From Candidatus Thorarchaeota archaeon (GTDB lineage Archaea; Asgardarchaeota; Thorarchaeia; Thorarchaeales; Thorarchaeaceae): 10,914 bases of DNA. The notes under the pieces are model-generated. The model saw only the letters and a list, made by a program, of their open reading frames with translations, did no database searches and had not been told where the DNA came from. The stretch spans positions 1 to 10,914 of the forward strand of contig JBHLRQ010000101.1 of assembly GCA_048882385.1 (NCBI GenBank), read 5' to 3'. Shown one piece after another: positions 1 through 7,051 of this stretch. The first letter of the stretch is position 1. Every line of letters begins with the position of its first letter. The translations under genes and the position numbers were made by a program.

Positions 1-945
1 ATCGACCATTGCTCCGTGAGCTGGTCGATCGACGAAGGTATCAATACTTGGCACGAGACAAAGAACCTGACCGTGCAATGGTGCCTGATCGCCGAGGCGC
101 TTGATCGCCCTTTTAACAGCGATCCGCACGGCTACGGCGCGAGCTGGGGCGGCGAGGACTGCTCCTACCACCACAATCTCTTCGCGCACTGTGCCGGACG
201 TAATCCCAGCATCGCCGGACAGGAGCGCGACCGCACGATCAACATGGACCACCGCTGCTCGGTCATCTACAACTGGAGACATCGCACCTGCGACGGCAAA
301 CCCATGCAAGTCAATGTGGTCAACAATTACTACAAGCCGGGCCCCGCCACGAACGCCGGTGTGCGCCGGCGCATCGCCCGCATCGATGACACGCAAAGCG
401 CCTACGGGTATCCGTCGATCTGGTTCATTGAGGGCAATACGGTCGAAGGCGACGCCGATATCTCCGCGGATAACTGGCGGGGAGGGGTCCACTTTAAAGG
501 CGACGCTTCCGAAGCCGAGAACCGTCGGCGCACGCCGTTTCCGGTTAGGCCCGTGCCCACGCAATCGGCCGCTGAGGCATACGTCTTGGTCCTGCGTCAC
601 GTAGGGGCCAATCGGCCGCGCCGCGATTCTCATGACACACGCATTGTGCGCGAGGTTGAGACCGGCACCGTAACGTTCGGAAACGGGATCATCGACACGC
701 CCAGGCAGGTGGGCGCCTGGCCGGAACTGACATCGGTCGCCGCACCACCGGATGGCGACGGCGACGGCATGCCCGATGCCTGGGAGACAGCGCACCACCT
801 CAATCCGCATAACACAGCCGACGGCGCATGGGACTCGGACAACGACGGATACACCAACATCGAGGAGTTTTTGAACCAAACCAATCCGCGCGAACGCGTC
901 GACTATCGGAACCTGGCCAACAATCCGGATCTCAGCCGCCCATGA
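1..945 (+). CDS. Pectate lyase, polysaccharide lyase family 1 (5'-partial), with C-terminal Asp-rich Ca-binding repeats
   Basis: The frame is open from base 1 (ATC GAC CAT TGC TCC GTG AGC TGG TCG ATC GAC GAA = IDHCSVSWSIDE, the PL1 'iDH..sW..DE' motif), so the GTG at 16 is internal. It also has the SYHHNLFAH..GRNP motif (RxP), VNVVNNYYKPGP, and a C-terminal DGDGDGMPDAWE...DSDNDGYTNIEEFLN tail typical of this PL1 group. Stop TGA at 943-945. Confidence 0.9.
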   Translation: MDHCSVSWSIDEGINTWHETKNLTVQWCLIAEALDRPFNSDPHGYGASWGGEDCSYHHNLFAHCAGRNPSIAGQERDRTINMDHRCSVIYNWRHRTCDGKPMQVNVVNNYYKPGPATNAGVRRRIARIDDTQSAYGYPSIWFIEGNTVEGDADISADNWRGGVHFKGDASEAENRRRTPFPVRPVPTQSAAEAYVLVLRHVGANRPRRDSHDTRIVREVETGTVTFGNGIIDTPRQVGAWPELTSVAAPPDGDGDGMPDAWETAHHLNPHNTADGAWDSDNDGYTNIEEFLNQTNPRERVDYRNLANNPDLSRP

Positions 946-1088
946 TATGATTCTGACGTGCGATGTAAGAACTCATGTGTGCGCAAGGCGTGTGACTTCA
1001 GGGAGTTGATGCATAGACTTGTCGTGGAATTCGGCGGCTGACCCCCGAAGAGGAGGATCTCATCTCCAATCGAACAGCTGGAGGCAAT

Positions 1089-2801
1089 GTGAAGCTAAAC
1101 GTCGCGCCATTCGAGCTCGTCCCGCTTTTTAACACGTGTTCATTCTACTTCAAGAGCCCCAAGCGAGATGGCCTGACCGTGGCCTACCGCAAAAAGGATG
1201 GTCCGTGGCTGAGAGCTTATGCGCCCGTGTACGTGAAAGAAGACGGCATGTACCGAGGCAGTATCATTGATCTGGACGAAGACACGCCGTATGAGTTAAG
1301 AATCACCGCTGCGAACGGGGAGGTGCTGACTCGGCAGATGTTTCGAACCTGGAGCAGTCAGGTGCCTATCGGTAAGACCATCAGCCTGGACGAAACGACG
1401 TTCACCGGTGGGCTCATTGTCCGAGAATCCGGTTCTCCTCAGGGCTGGATCAAGATCACTGCCAAAGAGGGATTTGTATTACAAAACGATCGTGAGGGGC
1501 CGCTCATTGAACTATACGAAGCCAAGTATGTGATGCTTGAAGGGCTGACCCTGCGAGGTGGCTTACAGGAAGCCATCAGCATAAGGAGATGTGGGCACGT
1601 ACGGATCGTGAACTGCGACATCGCAGGCTGGGGCCGAATCGGAACGCAGCGTTTCGACCGAGACGGCAACTACTACACCGAAACCGGCAGTGCGATCAAC
1701 TGGGACAGCGCGATCCTCGTCAGCAAGAGCATCGGCACTGTGGTGGAGCGATGCTACATCCACGATCCGGTAAGCACGGCGAATTCGTGGTACTACTCCC
1801 ATCCGGCCGGTCCCCAAGCCGTCGGCATGGACAAATCTCGATCGACCGTATTGCGCTATAACGACTTTATCGGCAGCGACGAGCACCGCTGGAATGACGC
1901 GGTGGAGGGCGCGGGGAACTTTCACATCGACGGTGGCTTCAATCGGGATGGCGATATCTACGGCAATATGATGTGCTTCGCCAATGACGATGCGCTCGAG
2001 ATCGACGGGGGCCAGACAAACGTCCGAGTCTTCCTCAACAAATTCGAAGGTTACCTCTGTGGAGTAAGCATTCAGGGTTGTATGTCAGGTCCGTCCTACG
2101 TGTTTCGGAACCTGCTGGTGAACATGGGCGATGAACGAGGACTGGCCGGACAGACCATCAAGACCTCGTCCCATGCGAATGGTCCCGGTGCTGTATCGTT
2201 TATCTTCAACAACACGTGTTATGGCAAATCGCGTGACCTGAATCTTCGCCACAACCTTCGCATCGTGGCAAAGAACAACGTCTTCGCCGGCCGAAGTGCC
2301 ATATCCGGACGCGCCAGAAGCCCACAATCGGATTGCGATTACAACCTGCTATCCACAGGACAACCGGGCGACGAGGCGCATGGGATCCTCAGCGAGCTTG
2401 ACTTCGTCGACGCCCATGCCGGCCTGTTCGCGCTGCGTCGGACCTCGGCCGCCGTGGGCCATGGGATTGTCGTCGACAGCTTTGCTCTGGACACTGAGGG
2501 CCGGCCCGACATGGGAGCTATTCCCTTCGGATCGGACCTGGTCCTGCCTGTCCGCCCAATCCCAGTCGTCCTCGATCGCTACCAGATGGTGTTTTCCGCA
2601 TCGGATGTCAAATCGGCTCGAACCGGGACCATCTCGGCAACAGTCGGGAGCCAAGCCTCCTCGACCCGCTTTCGAATAGCCAGGAACGATGCTTTTGATT
2701 GGTTCAACGTTACTCCAGAAGCCGGCGTGCTCAGACCCGGCCAGACAGTGACATTCTCCGTGACACTCCGCCCTGAGAAGATGGCCACTAGGGCGCTTTA
2801 G
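1089..2801 (+). CDS. Right-handed parallel beta-helix protein (pectin-lyase-like fold), N-terminal portion of the interrupted gene; FN3-like N-domain and start of an Ig/BACON-like domain
   Basis: FN3-like segment YRGSIIDLDEDTPYELRIT. Beta-helix repeats VMLEGLTLRGG, VRIVNCDIAGW, TVVERCYIHD, DIYGNMMCFANDDALEIDGG and FIFNNT. Typical beta-helix tail GRPDMGAIPFG. BACON/Ig-like DWFNVTPEAGVLRPGQTVTFSVT. GGAGG at 1080-1084 lies only 4 nt before the GTG. No signal peptide, and the start is uncertain. Confidence 0.75.
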   Translation: MKLNVAPFELVPLFNTCSFYFKSPKRDGLTVAYRKKDGPWLRAYAPVYVKEDGMYRGSIIDLDEDTPYELRITAANGEVLTRQMFRTWSSQVPIGKTISLDETTFTGGLIVRESGSPQGWIKITAKEGFVLQNDREGPLIELYEAKYVMLEGLTLRGGLQEAISIRRCGHVRIVNCDIAGWGRIGTQRFDRDGNYYTETGSAINWDSAILVSKSIGTVVERCYIHDPVSTANSWYYSHPAGPQAVGMDKSRSTVLRYNDFIGSDEHRWNDAVEGAGNFHIDGGFNRDGDIYGNMMCFANDDALEIDGGQTNVRVFLNKFEGYLCGVSIQGCMSGPSYVFRNLLVNMGDERGLAGQTIKTSSHANGPGAVSFIFNNTCYGKSRDLNLRHNLRIVAKNNVFAGRSAISGRARSPQSDCDYNLLSTGQPGDEAHGILSELDFVDAHAGLFALRRTSAAVGHGIVVDSFALDTEGRPDMGAIPFGSDLVLPVRPIPVVLDRYQMVFSASDVKSARTGTISATVGSQASSTRFRIARNDAFDWFNVTPEAGVLRPGQTVTFSVTLRPEKMATRAL

Positions 2802-2846
2802 CGGGGAGCCTTCCTCATCAGACTGCAAAATAGTTACTCCAGGCCG

Positions 2847-3344
2847 GTGATGGTCTATGCGACCAGTGGTGTCGTTCCCAAGATCAAACCCACGGATAGA
2901 GATGCTTGGGTGACATACATCGAGGCAGAAGAAGCCAGCAATCAAAGAGCTTACGAGATCGTCACCGACCCCGACGCCTCACAAGGGAGATGCCTTCTAC
3001 TGAGGGGTCCTTCCGGAAAGAACCCTGCGGAATACCGGTTCAGTGTCCCGAAGACCGGCAAGTATTTTCTTCTTCTTCGCGTCAAGTCAGATGAGCCGAC
3101 CAGCTACCATGATTCTCTTTACTTTGGGATAGATGACGGCGTGTTCGACAGGGCGCAGTTACGAACCGCCGCATCGTGGGGCTGGTCCCTGGCCGCCCAC
3201 AACAGCAAGATGTCGTTGATTTGTCTCCAGGCTTTCGAACTTGCCGCCGGCGATCATATCGTGAAGCTTGCCCCGAGGGAACCTGTACATGTCGATTTGG
3301 TCGCCGTCACCGACAATCCGGGATTGTTCGACTGTGACCGTTGA
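2847..3344 (+). CDS. C-terminal portion of the interrupted gene: galactose-binding-like / CBM-like beta-sandwich
   Basis: YIEAEE start motif, AEYRFSVPKTGKYFLLLRV, HDSLYFGIDDG and FELAAGDHIVKLAPRE..VDLVAVT resemble CBM6/CBM35-like jelly-roll modules. Same frame as 1089-2801. Confidence 0.6.
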   Translation: MMVYATSGVVPKIKPTDRDAWVTYIEAEEASNQRAYEIVTDPDASQGRCLLLRGPSGKNPAEYRFSVPKTGKYFLLLRVKSDEPTSYHDSLYFGIDDGVFDRAQLRTAASWGWSLAAHNSKMSLICLQAFELAAGDHIVKLAPREPVHVDLVAVTDNPGLFDCDR

Positions 3345-3359
3345 AACGGGGAGACAGTG

Positions 3360-3463
3360 ATGGATAAAAGCATTCCATTGAATCGCAGGCAGTTGCTGCC
3401 TACCCCATTCTGATGTATGAAGAACCCATGGATGCAACTAGCTTCGATTGCCGCATTGACTGA
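3360..3463 (+). pseudogene. Remnant of a deleted Tat-exported protein gene (N-terminal stub plus possible out-of-frame C-terminal stub)
   Basis: RBS GGGGAG at 3348-3353, ATG at 3360, translation MDKSIPLNRRQLLPTPF* (TGA 3411-3413) with a twin-arginine motif NRRQLL but no hydrophobic h-region. In another frame, 3401-3463 reads YPILMYEEPMDATSFDCRID*, ending 2 nt before the RBS of the next gene. Confidence 0.5.
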
Positions 3464-3464
3464 C

Positions 3465-3472
3465 GGAAGGAG
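3465..3472 (+). promoter_or_regulatory. Shine-Dalgarno site for the 1079-aa gene
   Basis: GGAAGGAG, 10 nt upstream of ATG 3483. Confidence 0.6.
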
Positions 3473-3482
3473 TCTCTGAAGC

Positions 3483-6400
3483 ATGACGCGATCAGCAATT
3501 CGATACGATCATCAGAGGAAACATGTGGCCCAAATGCTGGCGTTATTACTTTTGGCAGCCTCGGGCTCGAGCGTTATGGCACGCAATGGCACTGACAAAG
3601 CCGCATTTGAGTGGCACCGGTCGAATCCCGAGGACCAGGGAATGGACGGCGCGAGGCTGGAAGATATGAGAGAGTCTCTGGCTGACCACCATACGACAGG
3701 ACTGCTCGTTATTCGAAACGACAGGATCGTATGTGAGTGGTACAAGGACGGACACAGTGCAGACAAGCCTCACTACACGGCATCGCTGGCCAAGGCAGTG
3801 GTGGGTGGCGTGTCGCTGGCAGTTGCAATAAGCGATGGTCTTATTTCGCTGAATGATCCGGCCGTTAAGTTCGTACCCCAATGGGAGGATGATCCGCGCA
3901 AGTCGAAGATCCGCGTTCGTCATCTCGGCTCGCACACTTCCGGCATCGAGGACGCAGAGGCGGACAATCTGTCGCACGGTAACCTCACCGGCTGGAAAGG
4001 ACTCTTTTGGAAGCGACTCGATCCGCCCCGTGATCCATTCACTCTCTCTCGTGATGCAGCACCCGTGCTTTTCGACCCGGGCGAGAGAATGCAGTATAGT
4101 AACCCCGGCATCGCCATGCTGACTTACTGTGTCACGGCTGCTTTGCGAGACATACCACCCAAGGACATTCGCACGCTGCTGCGCGATCGTGTGATGCGGC
4201 CTATCGGTGTGCCGGGTGCAGAGTGGTCTGTCGGTTACGGCAAGACCTACACCGTCGAGGGGTTGCCGCTTGTCGCCTCATGGGGTGGTGGCGGCTATAC
4301 GGCTCGGGCGGCGGCGCGTGTGGGGCGGCTCATGCTCCGCCACGGAAATTGGGAAGGCCGGCAACTCATTGGCCCGGAGGCAGTGAAGCTCGTGACCTCC
4401 GATGCAGGCACACCGGGCAATGTTGGCATGGGCTGGTGGAGCAACAACGATGGCTCGTATCCCGAGTTGCCGAAGGATGCATTCTGGGGGTCTGGGGCTG
4501 GCCATCAGATCCTCCTGGTTGTTCCCAGTCTGAACCTTATTGGTGTACGTAACGGCGAAGTCCTAGATAGAGTCGGTGCTGAGCCCGATGCGTATCATCG
4601 CCCGTTTCGTCAGTATCTCTTCGCGCCGTTGATGGCCGCGGTGAGGCAAACAGACTCACCTGCTGAATTGGCCCGGAATGACGTTCGCGATCACGTTGTG
4701 CCTCATACACGGGTGTCGATTCAGCAGGCCCAGTGGTCTTTGAATGGCGAAGTGACCTATCCTGGCGCAGAGGCCGAAGGACTCTTGATGGACGTGCGAA
4801 TGGTCAACAGCGTTTTTGAGGACAGCAATCGTCCTGACTTCGACCCTGATTCAAACACGGAGAAGTTTATCGCCCGCATCCCTGAGTATGCCGCTCATGG
4901 TGTTCGCGCCTTCACGGTGAATTTGCAGGGGGGATTCCTGGGATACGAAGGTGCCGTCAACTCCGCGTTTAACCCTGATGGTTCATTGCGGAAGGGTTAC
5001 CTGCAGCGGGTAAGGCGGGTGATCGAGGCGTGCGATCGCAATGGCGTAGTCGTCATTCTTGGCTGCTATTACCAGCGACAAGACCAGATTCTGCAGGACA
5101 GCCAGGCGGTGCGAACCGGCGTCGTAAACGCCGTCCGGTGGATCAAGGAATCGGGCTTCTCCAATGTCGTGCTGGAAATCGCCAACGAATTCAACCATTC
5201 CGGTTTTGATCATGCCATCCTCCGCAAACCTGAGGGGCAGGTCGAGTTGATTCGCCTGGCCAAACAGACTTCTCCTGAACTACTGGTCTCGACGAGTGGA
5301 CTGGGCGATGGCAGGTTGCCGGACAATGTGGCCCAGGCCAGTGATTTCCTCCTGATCCATTTCAATCGCACTGGATTGGACGATATTCCCAAGAGGATTC
5401 AGGACTTACGGAAGTACAACAAGCCGATCGTCTGCAACGAGGACGATAAACACGGCACGGAAGCGGCCAAGGCGGCTCGGTTGAGCGTCGAGCAGGGCGC
5501 CTCGTGGGGATTCATGCACAACGAGATCAACCAATATGCCCCCTTTCAGTTCCAGGGAATTGAAGATGATCTCATCGTGTATGAAATGCTGCAAACGCTG
5601 ACAATACCGAGGGAGGCGACTGTGTACTTTCCGCCCCCGGAATCGGGAGGTGGATGGCGCCGGCTCAATGATCCCGACGACGTTCGACGACTTGGTGGCA
5701 TGGACCCGGTGAAACTGGGCGAATTGAAACAGTGGCTCCTTGAGAGCGACAAGAGGAACTTCGCCGCTGTTGTTATTCGCAACGGCTACATCGTGTTGGA
5801 GGTCGAGCGCGGTAACAGCAGCAAGACTGATGCACGCCGGGTGGCATCGGTGTCCAAGGCTATTTGTGCAACCGTGCTTGCCATCGCCTCTGAGCGCAGC
5901 CAGCGAGGCGAAACGCCAAGGCGGATGTCGTTTGATGATCCAGCGTTTGATTTCATTCCTTGGGCTCAGCCTCTGAGTGACCCGCGCAAGGCCAAGATCA
6001 CGGTCAGACAATTGCTCAACCACACCTCTGGCATTTGCCCTGAGGCCACCGGTGCGCGAAACGACGGCACGTGGCAGTACATCCTCGGCCACAGTGGTGA
6101 TGAACGAACGGCAAAGCTGGCCTTCGATCCAGGCACGGCCTGTGGTTACTCCACCCACGCTCTGGCTCATGCGGCGCTTGTCTGCGAGAATGTTACGGGT
6201 AAGCCCTACGACGAATTCGCTGTTGAAGCGCTGTTCAAACCGATAGGATGCGAACACTGGTGGTTTCAATACTATGACGGTGGCAAAGAAATCGGCAGGC
6301 ATCCGTCACACGGAATGGGGATACCAGCTCGTGATCTGGCGCGCATTGCCTATTGCATGTTGCGAAACGGCAGGTGGAACGGCCAGCAAGTCATTCCGGA

Positions 6401-6722
6401 GTGGTTTGTTGTACAGACGGGAAGACGGAGCCACGACGTGACGACGCGGGAGATGCGTTTCCAGATTCCAGCCCAGACGCTCTCTCTCGGCTGGGAGTTA
6501 CCGGCCAAGCTGACCGGCGAACATGGAACGCCCAGCGGTAGCGGCATCCCCGCTGATGCCCGCTACAAGCCTGGTTCGGGCGGCCAGTTGATCGCGTTCG
6601 TTCCCAGTCTCGACTTGGTGGTGACCCGTCAGACCGGCACTACTGGAAACTGGCAATATGCAGAATACCTGCGCCGAGCCTGTGCGGCGGTTATGCCAGA
6701 ATCAAAGAGAGACAAGAGATGA
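3483..6722 (+). CDS. Secreted three-domain protein: beta-lactamase-fold serine hydrolase + putative clan GH-A-like (beta/alpha)8 glycoside hydrolase + second beta-lactamase-fold serine hydrolase
   Basis: Sec-type signal (LALLLLAASGSSVMA). Domain 1: SxxK = SLAK (3783-3794), HLGSHTSG, YSN (4095-4103), WGSGAGHQ. Domain 2 (~4700-5600): RVIEACDRNGVVVILG, LEIANEF (NE at 5184-5189), FLLIHFN, KPIVCNED (E at 5439-5441). Domain 3: SVSK (5847-5858), QLLNHTSG, YST (6147-6155), KPGSGGQLIAFVPSLDLVV. Confidence 0.88.
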   Translation: MTRSAIRYDHQRKHVAQMLALLLLAASGSSVMARNGTDKAAFEWHRSNPEDQGMDGARLEDMRESLADHHTTGLLVIRNDRIVCEWYKDGHSADKPHYTASLAKAVVGGVSLAVAISDGLISLNDPAVKFVPQWEDDPRKSKIRVRHLGSHTSGIEDAEADNLSHGNLTGWKGLFWKRLDPPRDPFTLSRDAAPVLFDPGERMQYSNPGIAMLTYCVTAALRDIPPKDIRTLLRDRVMRPIGVPGAEWSVGYGKTYTVEGLPLVASWGGGGYTARAAARVGRLMLRHGNWEGRQLIGPEAVKLVTSDAGTPGNVGMGWWSNNDGSYPELPKDAFWGSGAGHQILLVVPSLNLIGVRNGEVLDRVGAEPDAYHRPFRQYLFAPLMAAVRQTDSPAELARNDVRDHVVPHTRVSIQQAQWSLNGEVTYPGAEAEGLLMDVRMVNSVFEDSNRPDFDPDSNTEKFIARIPEYAAHGVRAFTVNLQGGFLGYEGAVNSAFNPDGSLRKGYLQRVRRVIEACDRNGVVVILGCYYQRQDQILQDSQAVRTGVVNAVRWIKESGFSNVVLEIANEFNHSGFDHAILRKPEGQVELIRLAKQTSPELLVSTSGLGDGRLPDNVAQASDFLLIHFNRTGLDDIPKRIQDLRKYNKPIVCNEDDKHGTEAAKAARLSVEQGASWGFMHNEINQYAPFQFQGIEDDLIVYEMLQTLTIPREATVYFPPPESGGGWRRLNDPDDVRRLGGMDPVKLGELKQWLLESDKRNFAAVVIRNGYIVLEVERGNSSKTDARRVASVSKAICATVLAIASERSQRGETPRRMSFDDPAFDFIPWAQPLSDPRKAKITVRQLLNHTSGICPEATGARNDGTWQYILGHSGDERTAKLAFDPGTACGYSTHALAHAALVCENVTGKPYDEFAVEALFKPIGCEHWWFQYYDGGKEIGRHPSHGMGIPARDLARIAYCMLRNGRWNGQQVIPEWFVVQTGRRSHDVTTREMRFQIPAQTLSLGWELPAKLTGEHGTPSGSGIPADARYKPGSGGQLIAFVPSLDLVVTRQTGTTGNWQYAEYLRRACAAVMPESKRDKR

Positions 6723-7051
6723 AGGATTTCGCTGTGAACAGCTTGATCAGTCGTCGCCGTCTCCTGTGCAATTTAGTGCTAGCCGGTTCTCTGGCAGTTT
6801 CTTCACCATCACTCTGGGCGCAAGCGGACAAGGCTGTAGGCGAGGGGGCGCCGTCTGCCTGCTCCTCAATCACGGTAGCGGTGGTGCAGCAAGCTCGCGA
6901 ACCAGAACTCGAAGCGAATCGTGACAAGATCGTGCGTTTCGTTAGCCAAGCAAAGATGCGGGGATGCCGCTTAGTGATCTTTCCAGAGGATGCCCTCGGA
7001 AGGCAGACTGACAGGTGTCCCCGTAATAAGATTATTAATCCTCCTCAATGA
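6719..7051 (+). pseudogene. Truncated carbon-nitrogen hydrolase (nitrilase superfamily) with Tat-like signal peptide
   Basis: ATGA overlap with the upstream stop. SRRRLL plus h-region plus AQA cleavage site. Then ITVAVVQ...LEANRDKIVRFVSQAKMRGCRLVIFPEDAL, the canonical nitrilase N-terminus with catalytic Glu (6986-6988). Similarity stops at ~7000 and the catalytic Lys and Cys are missing. The tail runs into the convergent gene. Confidence 0.8.

Larger units (their letters stand above)
1089..3344 (+). pseudogene. Single multidomain beta-helix protein gene (751 codons) interrupted by one in-frame TAG at 2799-2801
   Basis: ORFs 1089-2801 and 2847-3344 are in the same frame. The 15 codons between them are open and read as protein: ...PEKMATRAL*RGAFLIRLQNSYSRPVMVYA... 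There is no convincing RBS before 2847. Confidence 0.75.

Noticed and set aside
748-870. GACGGC-rich repeats (GATGGCGACGGCGACGGC)
   Set aside because: Explained by coding for the DGDGDG / DSDNDG Ca-binding motifs; not a DNA-level repeat or CRISPR.
101-884. Alternative-frame ORFs 101-604 (+) and 630-884 (-)
   Set aside because: They lie wholly within the PL1 gene, have Thr/Ala/Arg/Ser-rich shadow-frame composition, and show no motifs.
1009-1041. Mini-ORF MHRLVVEFGG* behind GGGAG
   Set aside because: Ten codons, RBS spacing only 3 nt, and no supporting features.
5406-6302. 298-aa antisense ORF (and similar antisense ORFs at 2349-2945, 7233-7745, 7755-8261, 9550-10194)
   Set aside because: They are antisense to well-supported genes. 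Long stop-free antisense frames are expected in GC-rich coding DNA, and none has a recognisable domain.
3483-6722. Calling the large protein an antibiotic-resistance beta-lactamase (ampC)
   Set aside because: It has the fold motifs but lacks the class C KTG triad in both domains. The fusion and context point to esterase/amidase-type members.
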